From: a virus
Virus record (IMG/VR): IMGVR_UViG_3300040816_000831
DNA: 64,000 nt
Strand: one strand, 5' to 3'
Under the pieces are notes generated by a model, which worked only from the letters and a program-made list of their open reading frames with translations, ran no database searches and had not been told where the DNA came from. Positions within the stretch are counted from its first letter, which is position 1. Every line of letters starts with the position of its first letter. Shown here piece by piece: positions 16,463 through 26,713 of this stretch. The translations under genes and the position numbers were made by a program.

Positions 16463-17129
16463 CATCGTAGCTTGAGTTTTTCTCAAGAGCGATAAAGTAA
16501 TCCACTGGGTAGTTACTATTAGTCCAGTTAGAGATAAGCTTTGAGCTAATGCTTACAAAGTAATCTCCTGGTAGTAACTTCAAGTTGGGTATACTTACCA
16601 CGAAGTTAAACTCATTTTTACATGAGTTGTCTTTATCTAGTTCAATCTCAAATAAGTTTGAAGTCGAGTCTCTTGTATCGAGTACAGAGGCTGTAATAAC
16701 TCCAGAATTACCTGTGATTGCTAGTTCAGTATGACCAAGAACAGCAGCAGCTTTACGAATCTGATTTAGTTTATCTTCTTCGATATTAACTCCAACTTCT
16801 GGTTCTGGCATCTGAATATCTTTTTGAGGAGTGGTTAGGATATCGCTTTCAGAAAAGAAATATCTTATCTTTTGTCCACTACCTTGTACCAATACTGCTT
16901 TATCTTCAAACTCTAATGTAGGATTATCGATAAGACTTAAGACTGATAAGAATTCGTTTAAGTCATAGACTCCGAATTCTTTAGGAAAGTCTTCCACTAT
17001 TTCAGCAGAAGCTAGAATAGTTTTGGACTCTGAAATAGTCTTCAGTTTTTGTCCTGGTTTGAAAACAATATTTGGATTTATTGTTGCGAAGTTTTTTAAC
17101 ACATTCAAGGTGTCTGTTGATAAGTTCAT
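16458..17129 (-). CDS. gp45: Sliding clamp
   Basis: LKNFATINPNI, FGVYDLNEFL, YFIALE. Confidence 0.96.
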   Translation of the reverse strand: MNLSTDTLNVLKNFATINPNIVFKPGQKLKTISESKTILASAEIVEDFPKEFGVYDLNEFLSVLSLIDNPTLEFEDKAVLVQGSGQKIRYFFSESDILTTPQKDIQMPEPEVGVNIEEDKLNQIRKAAAVLGHTELAITGNSGVITASVLDTRDSTSNLFEIELDKDNSCKNEFNFVVSIPNLKLLPGDYFVSISSKLISNWTNSNYPVDYFIALEKNSSYDV

Positions 17130-17149
17130 ATTTTCTCCATTATATAACT

Positions 17150-17178
17150 ATTATACCATACTTTCATTGTAATGTAAA
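17150..17178 (-). promoter_or_regulatory. sigma70-type early promoter of gp45
   Basis: TTTACA-17-TATAAT. Confidence 0.8.
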
Positions 17179-17181
17179 CGA

Positions 17182-17478
17182 TTAGTTTTCATTTTTATCA
17201 TGGCAATCCAGAGCGATTATAGCATAGTGCAAAATCTTGAGAAGGTCAGCTCTGTTATGTCCTTCTTTTTTACCATACCTTTGAGCGTACTTAAGTACGT
17301 TTCCTAAAGAAAAACCCATACCATGTCCACAATCAATAATGAATTCAGTTGATTGAAACTGATTCTTTGAATAGTGGCCGGCATAAGTTTTGTCTATATA
17401 ACTCTTGAGCTCTTCAACAAGAGCTCCTTCGTTAAATTTGTAATCTATTTGATTAGACTTCATAAGTTTCTTCAGCAT
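17182..17478 (-). CDS. DUF3310-like protein (T7 gp1.7 nucleotide kinase-like)
   Basis: HYS...GNVLKYAQRYGKK...DLLKILHY; start at Met after AGGAG. Confidence 0.7.
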   Translation of the reverse strand: MLKKLMKSNQIDYKFNEGALVEELKSYIDKTYAGHYSKNQFQSTEFIIDCGHGMGFSLGNVLKYAQRYGKKEGHNRADLLKILHYAIIALDCHDKNEN

Positions 17479-18604
17479 TAATGTCTCCTGTCTCTTCGAC
17501 AATTTCATCAGCATCTACTTTGCTGTATAAGTCAAGGAAAGCTTCTTTTGTATCAGAATCGAACCTTGAAATACATAAGTCAATTGCTTTGTCTCTTTTC
17601 TCAAAGATGGAGAACGTTTGAACAATGTGACATAGTCTTCTTGTTGAAATTAATTCATCGACACCATCATCATAAAAAGTCTTTCTGATAATATCAGCCC
17701 AAAGGACTAGCTTTTCAGCAAAGTCGATATCCATACAATTGAATTTCTCCATGTGTTTGAATACAATCTTTTTCTCTACATTAAGAGATGGGAACTGTTG
17801 GTCAACTGATATTGTAAACCTTTCAAGGAAAGCATCATCGATGATTGAAGCTGCTGTGAACCTACCATCTTCTGAACCTTTACCTTTAGTATTAGCTGTT
17901 GCGATTACATTGAAACCTTCAGCAGGCTCTACGATTTCGCCAGTCTTTTTAACAAGTACTGGTTTACCTTCAAGGATTCCTTGTAAGCACATAATTTTGT
18001 TTGTTGCTCTATCGATCTCGTCAAGTAAGAGTATAGCTCCATTTTCCATTGCTTTAAGAACTGGACCTTTAGAGAAAACTGTTTCTCCATCGATAAGTCT
18101 AAAGCCACCAAGTAAATCATCTTCATCTGTTTCAGGATTGATTTGAACTCTGATAAACTCTTTGCCTACTTTAGCGCAAGCTTGTTCTACCATGAATGTT
18201 TTACCATTGCCTGATAGACCAGAGATATATGTTGGGTAGAACATATTCGACTTAACAATTTTTACGATGTCAGTAAATGCTCCCCAAGGTACGAATGAGT
18301 TATCTGTTTTAGCGAAGGTTTTTTCTTCGTTAACAATTGACTGCATTTGAGCTGCAGCTTGTGGCATTTGAACCACTGTGTTTGAAACCATTGTTTCTCT
18401 TAATGGTTCAATAAGACCGGCTAAGTCATAAGTACCAATTTTGACTCTGTTATTTTTAGTCATCATTGGGTCCCAATCTTTACCGGTGTAGCCGAAAGAT
18501 TTTCCAATCTCGACTATGATATTTTTTCTAAACTGAGTTGTATCAGGATATCTGGTAGCAAGCTCTTTTAGAATAATTTCGCTGGATTTTTTCAAGTTTT
18601 TCAT
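17453..18604 (-). CDS. cobS: CobS-like MoxR AAA+ ATPase
   Basis: GLSGNGKT, LLDEID, ATANTKG, STRRL. Confidence 0.9.
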   Translation of the reverse strand: MKNLKKSSEIILKELATRYPDTTQFRKNIIVEIGKSFGYTGKDWDPMMTKNNRVKIGTYDLAGLIEPLRETMVSNTVVQMPQAAAQMQSIVNEEKTFAKTDNSFVPWGAFTDIVKIVKSNMFYPTYISGLSGNGKTFMVEQACAKVGKEFIRVQINPETDEDDLLGGFRLIDGETVFSKGPVLKAMENGAILLLDEIDRATNKIMCLQGILEGKPVLVKKTGEIVEPAEGFNVIATANTKGKGSEDGRFTAASIIDDAFLERFTISVDQQFPSLNVEKKIVFKHMEKFNCMDIDFAEKLVLWADIIRKTFYDDGVDELISTRRLCHIVQTFSIFEKRDKAIDLCISRFDSDTKEAFLDLYSKVDADEIVEETGDINAEETYEV

Positions 18605-18637
18605 AATATTGTTTCCTTATCAATTTGTTATATGTAT

Positions 18638-18666
18638 ATTATACCATAGTTCTTTGTAAATGTAAA
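18638..18666 (-). promoter_or_regulatory. sigma70-type early promoter
   Basis: TTTACA-17-TATAAT. Confidence 0.8.
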
Positions 18667-18712
18667 GGTTTATTTTCACTTTTAGGTGAAATAATTAGCA
18701 GAATAGTGTTGT

Positions 18713-20920
18713 TCATTCTGCGACAGCTCTACCAAAGTTGGTTAATAATGTTTTATTAAGTTTTTTAGACTTACTGTATTTTTTAAATGCTGATGTTAAT
18801 TGCCCTTTAGTTGCAGTTGTATCAGGTGTAAAATCGTTTGCATCAGTGTTTAATGCATTCTTCCATGACTTAACAATATAAAGTTCATTGTATCCAAGCT
18901 TGTCTTTAAACGTAACACATTTGTTTTTTGAATACTCTCTGTTATATTGTTTCATGCCATCTCCCCACATGTCAGCTGCAGTATCGCAATCTGAAATTTT
19001 GTATTTAAAATTGTGGCTATTATCAGCAAGAAAGAATCCTATTGTTGTAAGACCAAATCGCTTTTGTAAATTCTCTAAAAGTCCAAGAGTAGCTTTTTTT
19101 CTAGTATCTTTTAGTTGAACGTTTTTGCCCATTATGTTTATAACAGCACCGCCCCATCTACTATCGTATTTAGTTCTTTTTACTTCTAATTCATAATCTT
19201 TAGCAACTCTTAAGCCATTTGCATCACCATCAGATATCACGACAAGGTTCATATTGTCAATATTGTTATCCCTTTTGAAACTATCAATCATCTTATGGCT
19301 GTGTATTAGAGCTTCATTTAGAGGGGTAGAACCATAATCTTCGTTTTTACTCATAACACATCTTTCTCTATGAGTATAATTATCTTGGCAAAGTTCTTTT
19401 CTTATGTATAAGAATTCTAATGCTTCTTCATAGTCTTTCTTTTTAAGAGTTGAAGCAATAAGCTGAGGAAGAGATATTCCACAATGGTCAATTTCTGAAT
19501 CCATTGGGTTAAGCTTTCTATCAGCATTCCAACCGCCACCAAGCTGTACATTTTGATTAGTAAATCCATAAACATCGAATGGTATGTTAACTGTTTTACA
19601 GAAAACAACTAGATGAATAAGTTGCTCTAAAACATCTCCCATAATATCATTCATAGAACCTGAAAAATCGATTAGCATAAACATACCATGATTTTTAGCA
19701 TCAGCTAATCTAGTAACTCGAGCAAATATATCTTCATTAGTTTTATAAGACCATAATCTATTAACGTCTATAGAACCTGTTTTCGCTGTTTGAGCTCTTG
19801 AGTATCTGTAACCAGCTTTTCTCATTTCAAATTCTTTAACTGCAAAGTTGACATTCTTTTTAACACCTTTAATATATTGTTTGAAATTATCTCTAATTTC
19901 GTCATAAGTTAAAGCTTCAGCTTCGTAATAATTATTGACATTAACAGTATTTAACCAGTCAATGTTTTCAGCAATTTTTTCTTTTCTTTCCTTTGCTAAT
20001 TGTTTGTATGGTGTAACAATCTTGTCAGCAATTTCTTTTCTAAATTCATTACCAATTAAAATTTGCTCACCATTTTCGTCAACATCTAAAAGAGTGTGTT
20101 CTTTTCTTCTGAATGTTTCATCAGTTTCAGATACATCTTCTTCAACATTTCCTTTACTTTCAGCTTCTGTGTTTTCTTCAACTTCTTTATCTTCAGTTAG
20201 TTGTTTTGAATCATCGCCTCTTTGTTTCGATTCTGCTTGAGCTTCCTCTTCTTCTGATTTTTCCATATCGTCATGGCCCATTTGAGGTTGTTGCTCTTGT
20301 TTTTCTTCTTCACCTTCTTCTGGTAAATCAGCAACTTCAGGCTCAGGTGGATTTAATAACTCTTCTTGGTTATCTTTAGTATATTGCAATATATCTCTTA
20401 CTAGGTTAGTGACGTCTTCAAAGGTCACTGTTTGCATAGCTCTATCCATATATACTTGTTCTTCATCAGTGAATGGTACATCAAGTAGATTTCCTACTTT
20501 AGCGTGCAAATTGATTTTATCAATCAACTTTACTTTATCCCAATTAAGAGAAGCGGTGTCTCCAAAGAAACCATCATCAAACAATTGCTTATATCCTCTT
20601 GACATAGGACCAACTAAACCAACGTATGCTTCTTTTATATGTCTTTCGATACGAGCATCTTCAACAACATTAATATACGAACGAGGACAGCCTTCTAGCT
20701 TTTCAGGACTATCATGCCAACCTTCGAAAGGTGTAAAGAGTGCATGTCCTACTTCGTGTCCAATTAATAAATCAGATACGTCTTTACCCATATCTTTCCA
20801 CATAGGTAATCCAAGTGTTCTATTTTTAATATCGAACCAAGCTGTTTGATAATTACCATATTGCACAGTAATATTTTCTCTAGCCATTAGTTTCGCGAGG
20901 GTGCTTTTGTGTTTAATCAT
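18713..20920 (-). CDS. Metallopeptidase-like + VWA domain protein (CobT-like partner of CobS)
   Basis: HEVGH, NVVEDARIE, acidic linker, MIDAS DFSGSM...STPL...SDGD. Confidence 0.85.
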   Translation of the reverse strand: MIKHKSTLAKLMARENITVQYGNYQTAWFDIKNRTLGLPMWKDMGKDVSDLLIGHEVGHALFTPFEGWHDSPEKLEGCPRSYINVVEDARIERHIKEAYVGLVGPMSRGYKQLFDDGFFGDTASLNWDKVKLIDKINLHAKVGNLLDVPFTDEEQVYMDRAMQTVTFEDVTNLVRDILQYTKDNQEELLNPPEPEVADLPEEGEEEKQEQQPQMGHDDMEKSEEEEAQAESKQRGDDSKQLTEDKEVEENTEAESKGNVEEDVSETDETFRRKEHTLLDVDENGEQILIGNEFRKEIADKIVTPYKQLAKERKEKIAENIDWLNTVNVNNYYEAEALTYDEIRDNFKQYIKGVKKNVNFAVKEFEMRKAGYRYSRAQTAKTGSIDVNRLWSYKTNEDIFARVTRLADAKNHGMFMLIDFSGSMNDIMGDVLEQLIHLVVFCKTVNIPFDVYGFTNQNVQLGGGWNADRKLNPMDSEIDHCGISLPQLIASTLKKKDYEEALEFLYIRKELCQDNYTHRERCVMSKNEDYGSTPLNEALIHSHKMIDSFKRDNNIDNMNLVVISDGDANGLRVAKDYELEVKRTKYDSRWGGAVINIMGKNVQLKDTRKKATLGLLENLQKRFGLTTIGFFLADNSHNFKYKISDCDTAADMWGDGMKQYNREYSKNKCVTFKDKLGYNELYIVKSWKNALNTDANDFTPDTTATKGQLTSAFKKYSKSKKLNKTLLTNFGRAVAE

Positions 20921-20947
20921 AGGTTTCCTTATCCTGAATATATGTAT

Positions 20948-20976
20948 ATTATACCATAGTTCAGCGCAAATGTAAA
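20948..20976 (-). promoter_or_regulatory. sigma70-type early promoter
   Basis: TTTACA-17-TATAAT. Confidence 0.8.
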
Positions 20977-21033
20977 CGATTTTTTTGAAAATAATTTTTA
21001 AAAGGTGATAAGAGTGCTAATTATTTTCACATG

Positions 21034-21109
21034 TGGTGGAGCTAGAGGGAATCGAACCCACGACCTCCTGGTTGCAAACCAGGCGCTCTCCCAACTGAGC
21101 TATAGCCCC
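21034..21109 (-). tRNA. tRNA-Ala (UGC) with encoded CCA
   Basis: GGGGCTA acceptor with G3:U70, anticodon arm CCTGG-TTTGCAA-CCAGG, TTCGATT T-loop, ACCA end; 76 nt. Confidence 0.95.
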
Positions 21110-22825
21110 TCACTTGATTTTTGAGAAATTTCTTTCTTTAAAGAACTCTATTTTACTTCTAAATTTGTTTTCGAGTACATCGCCTTTGTGAGATATAATA
21201 AACACATTGCTTCCATCATCAAGAGTATCGAGTATCTTTGTAAGATTATCAACACCATCTAAATCTAAACTTGAATCAAACGTTTCATCCAATATCAGTA
21301 GATTTGATGCAGCACTATTTTTCATTTTAGCAATTTGTCTCCATGTAAAGAGAAGAGCTAAATCGATTCTTTGTTTCTCTCCTTCACTGAATGAAGCATA
21401 ATTAAATGAATCACGATGCCTTGACCTAATTGTTTCATTAAAGTTTTCATCTAAATGGAACGATACAAAGAAGTCAAGTATCTGTAAATACTGATTAATC
21501 AACCTGTTCATCACTGGTAAATATTGCTTAATAACTTTAGTCTTGATACCAGTGTCTTTTAGCATTTCACCAATAACTTCATTATAGGTTCTTTCTTCTA
21601 CATACTCTAATTTCTTTTCAGTCGACTTATCTTTATTCTTTCTTAAATCAGTTAAATCTTTTTTAGCTTTCGAAACATCTCCAGTTTGACCTTGAAGATT
21701 GTCGATTTCTTTTTGGACTTTGTTAACTTCTTTTTGAAGAAGAGCTATAGCATCATTATTACTATTAATCTTCTGTTGTCTTTGGCGAAGAGCATTAAGA
21801 CTATTTGATACTTCTTGTTGTTCTGATTTTAGTTCAGCAATACTTTTTGATAAGTCACCTTTTGCTGTTTGTATTTCCTTTGCCTTAAGTTTAACTGATT
21901 CAATCTTTTCTGTTTTAAGTTGTTCATCTATAGCTTGGTCGCATGTTGGACAGTTATCATTGTCTTCATAGAATCTACTTTCATCTACTAATCCTTTTAT
22001 CTTATCATTAAATGACATGTCATAAGAATCTAGTTGAGACATTTTCTTTACGATTTCTGTACTATGTTTTTCTTCTGTTGATATAGCAACTGTAAGATTC
22101 TTTCCAAGCTCTTTACTTTCATCAAACAATTTGTTAATATCTTCTTTATGAGTATTAATCGATTCTCTTTTGTTTTGAATTTGGTCGTCGTTTAGTTCTT
22201 GTAAATCTTTGATATACTTACTTTGTGAATCCATCTTAGTCTTGAAAATATCTATTTGATGGTTAATATCAGTAAGTTCTTCTTTTATCTTAGAGTTTCT
22301 TTCCTTTAATAGCATATTCATCTTAGAAAAGATGTTGATATCTAGTAGGTCTTCAATAATATTTCTTCGAGACCAAACTGGTAATTGCATAAATGGTATA
22401 AAGGAAGATGAACCAAGTACAACTACCTGGTGAAATGATTTATGATTTAGCTTTAGGATATTTTGTTCTAAGAACTTTTGATAATCTCTTGCATTTGAAG
22501 CCTGGTTTATAAGATTACCATTTTGATATATTTCGAACTTCCCTGGTTTTATACCTCTTACAATCTTAAAGTCATGACTTCCTATTGTCATTTCAACTGT
22601 AACGATAGTACCTTTTTTATTGATACTATTAATCATTTGGTCTTTCTTTATATCTCTATGAGGTTTACCAAATAAGCCAAACGATAAAGCATCTAATAAA
22701 GTAGATTTGCCTGCGCCATTTTGGCCAATGATTAATGTTGATGGTGTTCTATCTAATTGTATTTTTATTGGGTCACTTCCAGTGGATAGAAAATTCTTCC
22801 ACTCACATGATTTAAAATGTATCAT
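21110..22825 (-). CDS. gp46: Rad50-like recombination endonuclease subunit
   Basis: GQNGAGKS, CPTC hook, FSEGEK, LILDE, ISH. Confidence 0.97.
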   Translation of the reverse strand: MIHFKSCEWKNFLSTGSDPIKIQLDRTPSTLIIGQNGAGKSTLLDALSFGLFGKPHRDIKKDQMINSINKKGTIVTVEMTIGSHDFKIVRGIKPGKFEIYQNGNLINQASNARDYQKFLEQNILKLNHKSFHQVVVLGSSSFIPFMQLPVWSRRNIIEDLLDINIFSKMNMLLKERNSKIKEELTDINHQIDIFKTKMDSQSKYIKDLQELNDDQIQNKRESINTHKEDINKLFDESKELGKNLTVAISTEEKHSTEIVKKMSQLDSYDMSFNDKIKGLVDESRFYEDNDNCPTCDQAIDEQLKTEKIESVKLKAKEIQTAKGDLSKSIAELKSEQQEVSNSLNALRQRQQKINSNNDAIALLQKEVNKVQKEIDNLQGQTGDVSKAKKDLTDLRKNKDKSTEKKLEYVEERTYNEVIGEMLKDTGIKTKVIKQYLPVMNRLINQYLQILDFFVSFHLDENFNETIRSRHRDSFNYASFSEGEKQRIDLALLFTWRQIAKMKNSAASNLLILDETFDSSLDLDGVDNLTKILDTLDDGSNVFIISHKGDVLENKFRSKIEFFKERNFSKIK

Positions 22826-23883
22826 ACTACCTCGAGGTTTTGTGCTTCTGTATATAGCTTTCTTAATTCAACTTTGATATGTTCTTTATCTAAGTCGGTA
22901 TCTACAGCTTCAACATAAGAATCTAGAAGTTCATTTGTATCTTCAAGGGATATTTTCTCGTCTTGTACGCTTTCTCCCAGATACTCTTCAAAAGATTCAG
23001 CAATCTTTAATTCATATGTTTCAATGTTTTGTAATCTATCAACAAACTTATCAAACATATACAAGTCATTTTTATTTATAACAATCAGCTTAATAAAATG
23101 TTTCTCAAACTGACTGACATCTATTTTGTCATAATCAGTTTTTAAGTCATCGTATATAACCTTTTTGAATATGGTTATTGGATTTCTTACAGCTTCGATT
23201 TCTCTTGTTTCAGTATCAAGGACATGAAAGTACTTAGGGTCATCTACGTCAGCCCAGGTAAATTCCATTTGAGAACCAAGATAAGTCACATTTCCCTGGC
23301 TTGATTTAGTATGGAAATGACCTGATAAAACCATTTCAAATCTTGAAAATACATCAGCACTCATTCCATGTGGATTAGGCATCCCTGCCATCATGTCGAA
23401 TCCTTTCAATTCCAAATGAGCTCCTAATATTGGAGCTTTGCATTGCATAGCCCATTTAGTATATTCTTGATAGTTTGCGTTATTAATCCAAGGTATAACT
23501 GCAACTCCAAGTCCATCATAATCTAATACAGTTGGCTTCATTACAATATTGACATTAGAAGTAAAATAACCTAAGAGTTCTTTAAGTGAACATAACTCAT
23601 TAGTATTCTTAAAATAAACATCATGATTACCAGGAATGATATCCATAGTAATTCCAGCATCACGTAAAGGTTCTAGAAAATGTTTACGATTTTGATTAAG
23701 AGCTTTAAAGTTGACAAACTTACGATGTTCATAATAGTCTCCTAAGTGTAATATGTTCTTAATGTTATGTTCTTTTAGATAAGGAAAAAATACCTCTTCA
23801 TAAAAGCGTTCTTGATATTGTAAAAAAATATCACTGCTATTCCTAACACCACAATGAGTGTCATTCAATATTGCTACTTTCAT
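22822..23883 (-). CDS. gp47: Mre11-like recombination endonuclease subunit
   Basis: DTH, HLGD, GNHD, SGHFH. Confidence 0.97.
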   Translation of the reverse strand: MKVAILNDTHCGVRNSSDIFLQYQERFYEEVFFPYLKEHNIKNILHLGDYYEHRKFVNFKALNQNRKHFLEPLRDAGITMDIIPGNHDVYFKNTNELCSLKELLGYFTSNVNIVMKPTVLDYDGLGVAVIPWINNANYQEYTKWAMQCKAPILGAHLELKGFDMMAGMPNPHGMSADVFSRFEMVLSGHFHTKSSQGNVTYLGSQMEFTWADVDDPKYFHVLDTETREIEAVRNPITIFKKVIYDDLKTDYDKIDVSQFEKHFIKLIVINKNDLYMFDKFVDRLQNIETYELKIAESFEEYLGESVQDEKISLEDTNELLDSYVEAVDTDLDKEHIKVELRKLYTEAQNLEVV

Positions 23884-24083
23884 GTTGCTCTAGATGCTGC
23901 CACTTGTTTTGCGAGCTTACTCATTTTTCTTTGAGCTCTTGCAATTCTTTTGTGTGACTGTTTGATTAATAGCATTTGAGCCATTACGTTATCTCTTCGT
24001 TCTTTTCTAAGAGCAGTTTTTCTAATTCTTTTTTTCATAACACGAATGTGTCTTTGATTTTGTTGTGTACTTACTTTTTTCAT
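23880..24083 (-). CDS. Very basic hypothetical protein
   Basis: 67-aa K/R-rich ORF coupled to gp55 and gp47. Confidence 0.6.
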   Translation of the reverse strand: MKKVSTQQNQRHIRVMKKRIRKTALRKERRDNVMAQMLLIKQSHKRIARAQRKMSKLAKQVAASRAT

Positions 24084-24658
24084 TACATAAACAGCTCAAG
24101 TTTTTCTTTCTCTCGCTTCTTCTCCTCTTTTGCAAATTTCTTAATAGCTTCATCTTTAGTACGTATAGTACCAATCCTTTGTCTTAATGTATCAACATAA
24201 GCCATCGTTTGTTCAGCGCCTTCATTGTCCATACCCATTTGTACAAAATCTTCAATACCCATTTTCTCAATGAATTTAAATTTGATATCTTGTTGTTTCT
24301 TTTCTTTAGTTATTCTACGTATAAAAGCAAAATAACATATTTGAGTGAAGTATGAAAATGCATTAGGTTTACCTGTTCTTGTAGCAGTTTCAATGTTATA
24401 GTTTCCTATTGCTCTTAAGCAATTTTCAACGGCATCCATAACCATTTCTTCTCTATAAGTGTACCGAACGAAGTTCGGTCTGTGAGACAGTCCCTCTGAT
24501 ATTCTAATGAAACATTTTGCAATGTAATCAGGAACAGTAGGAACTTTTTTATCAGCCTTTCTGCATGCATGAGCTTCTACTGCATAATCCATAACGGCTT
24601 CAGAGAATTCTCTATTGTTAACGTAATGTGGTTTATCTTTTGGTTTGACCTTAGTCAT
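24083..24658 (-). CDS. gp55: Late transcription sigma factor
   Basis: HYVNN, RPNFVRYTYREEM, NAFSYFTQI..AFIRRI.KEKKQ. Confidence 0.96.
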   Translation of the reverse strand: MTKVKPKDKPHYVNNREFSEAVMDYAVEAHACRKADKKVPTVPDYIAKCFIRISEGLSHRPNFVRYTYREEMVMDAVENCLRAIGNYNIETATRTGKPNAFSYFTQICYFAFIRRITKEKKQQDIKFKFIEKMGIEDFVQMGMDNEGAEQTMAYVDTLRQRIGTIRTKDEAIKKFAKEEKKREKEKLELFM

Positions 24659-24680
24659 AATATTTTCTCCATAATATACT

Positions 24681-24709
24681 ATTATACCACATTTTGGCGT
24701 AAAAGTAAA
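24681..24709 (-). promoter_or_regulatory. sigma70-type promoter of gp55
   Basis: TTTACT-17-TATAAT with TGG. Confidence 0.75.
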
Positions 24710-24754
24710 GGAATAATTTAATTAAATTTATTTCACTTTTTTGTGAAAAAGTCC

Positions 24755-24783
24755 TTTACATTTGCCTGTTTTTATGGTATAAT
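24755..24783 (+). promoter_or_regulatory. sigma70-type promoter on the plus strand, divergent from the gp55 promoter
   Basis: TTTACA-17-TATAAT with TATGG before -10, identical to the consensus but in opposite orientation. Confidence 0.7.
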
Positions 24784-24816
24784 ATATTAACACCCGGAGC
24801 GGTAGAGGATACTATA

Positions 24817-25215
24817 TTAATGTAGTGTTCTCTTTTTATCCAGCTCAATGAGTGGTTCCTCATCATATAAGTCAGTACCAGTTGCAAGACGAGACTCGTA
24901 CTCTTGTAAGAGCTCTTGGTCTGTTTTGGTCTGAACTGTTTGAATCGGATTATCCATTTTAAGAGCAAAGTTTACATACGTATCTTTTATAGTCTCTGCT
25001 ATAGGTACGTGCTGTATTATATTATTCTTAAAAACTTTAAATTGTTTTGCTTCGCTGAAAGGAAACCATGCTACAAATTGTATACCACCCAACACACTTG
25101 GATTGAGTTTAACTGGTCTTTCAATGATAAAGTTATCATCATTCTTAATAGCGACAAGACCAATAATCTCTTCGCCATTCATTAATTTGAAGTGTCTTAT
25201 ATTTAATCCTTCCAT
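24817..25215 (-). CDS. Conserved T4-like hypothetical protein (Sm-like fold likely)
   Basis: FKLMNGEEIIG; usual position between uvsW and gp55; late promoter 25222-25229. Confidence 0.75.
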   Translation of the reverse strand: MEGLNIRHFKLMNGEEIIGLVAIKNDDNFIIERPVKLNPSVLGGIQFVAWFPFSEAKQFKVFKNNIIQHVPIAETIKDTYVNFALKMDNPIQTVQTKTDQELLQEYESRLATGTDLYDEEPLIELDKKRTLH

Positions 25216-25216
25216 A

Positions 25217-26713
25217 TTATATATTTATATCAAACATTTTGTAGTTAAATCGCTCCTTAGAATATATTTTAATTCTTTCAGCTGCATGTTGTAGGGTATA
25301 GTTCTTTTGATTTTTCCAGTGTAAGTCATCTGCTATATCATATATCTTTGTATCTTGACCATCTTCACTCTTCCTTAATCCTCTCCCGATTGATTGTAGG
25401 ACTCTAATTTGACTCTTGCTTGGAGAGGCAAATATAATATTATGAAGATTACGTATATTAATCCCAGTAGAAAAAGTCCCAATACTTGCGACAATAATCG
25501 CGTCTTTCTCTTTCTCGGTAATCTCACGGACTGACTCTCTTGTATCGACATCGGTTTCTCCAGATACGTAAAATAGCTTTCTTTTTTCTGGCATTTTATC
25601 TTGCAACATTGAATGTAAAGGTTTGCCATGTTTATCCACATAATTAAAGAGTATCAATGTATTTCCTTTTTGGTCTAAAGCTAAATTACTTATAAAGGTA
25701 TTTCTTGGTTCATATCTTACAATAAAATCTAGTTCTTGTTGATATTTCTCTTTAACTATCTGCTTACAGTATTCTTCTTTATATTTTAATATAAGTATAT
25801 TTATATCTAATTGACTTAAATCGTCATTATCCATTAATTCTTTTGTAGTTGTCACTTGATATACTGGACCAAATAATCCTTCCAATACAAGCTGATGAGT
25901 TTGAGTTCCGTCCAATGTTCCAGTAGTACCAATACGATATTTTGCTTCAGTACATTTCTCTAATATACTCGTTAACGACTTAGCTTTAAAATTATGTGCT
26001 TCATCTCCTATCACCATCCCAAAACCGGCGAACCAAGATTGTGGTAATTTATAAACTGATTGCCAAGTTGATATAATAACTCTCTGATTTACGTTATGTT
26101 TCTCTCTACCTGAATATATTCTATGGCAATTATCGGCATGAGACCAAGTATCCTTAGAAGAATAGTCTCCGAAATCAGAATACATTTGCTCTACCAATGA
26201 TGTTGTAGGTACTATAAGCAAAACATTACCTTCAAAAACATCAAGGTAATATCGTATAGCCAAATATATGATTAAACTCTTCCCAGAAGCAGTAGGTGAT
26301 AGCAATAACGTTTTTTCCTGAGAAAGCGTGTGCGACAGTCCCTCCAACTGATATGGGCGGGGTGTTATATCAGCTCCATTCACAGAAAGGGCCATTTGTG
26401 ATAATAGCCCATTTATGTCAGGGCTGAGGGATGACTGCAGTGCACCATAGGTAGGGGAATCAACCACTTCTAGGGTATAATCTCTCACGTCACAAAACTC
26501 CTGCAAATATTTGTGCAATCCTGTATATAATGTTTTCTTTCTAGAGTCAAATAATCTTATTTTGCCATCCCACATTCTATTTCTATATGCAGGCATAAAC
26601 TTATAACCTGGAACAAAGAACTGGAAATGTTCTGATAGTTCCATCTCAATTGATGGGTCGCATTGGATGTTTAAGAAGACTTCATTCTTCTTTTGAATAG
26701 TGACAGTATCCAT
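25217..26713 (-). CDS. uvsW: SF2 helicase UvsW
   Basis: SPTASGKS, GDEAH, TGT, QSIGRGLR. Confidence 0.96.
   Translation of the reverse strand: MDTVTIQKKNEVFLNIQCDPSIEMELSEHFQFFVPGYKFMPAYRNRMWDGKIRLFDSRKKTLYTGLHKYLQEFCDVRDYTLEVVDSPTYGALQSSLSPDINGLLSQMALSVNGADITPRPYQLEGLSHTLSQEKTLLLSPTASGKSLIIYLAIRYYLDVFEGNVLLIVPTTSLVEQMYSDFGDYSSKDTWSHADNCHRIYSGREKHNVNQRVIISTWQSVYKLPQSWFAGFGMVIGDEAHNFKAKSLTSILEKCTEAKYRIGTTGTLDGTQTHQLVLEGLFGPVYQVTTTKELMDNDDLSQLDINILILKYKEEYCKQIVKEKYQQELDFIVRYEPRNTFISNLALDQKGNTLILFNYVDKHGKPLHSMLQDKMPEKRKLFYVSGETDVDTRESVREITEKEKDAIIVASIGTFSTGINIRNLHNIIFASPSKSQIRVLQSIGRGLRKSEDGQDTKIYDIADDLHWKNQKNYTLQHAAERIKIYSKERFNYKMFDINI

Noticed and set aside
17453-20920. Cobalamin biosynthesis role for the CobS/CobT-like pair
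   Set aside because: The MoxR AAA + VWA pair is routine in marine T4-like phages and no cobN or other cob genes are present.
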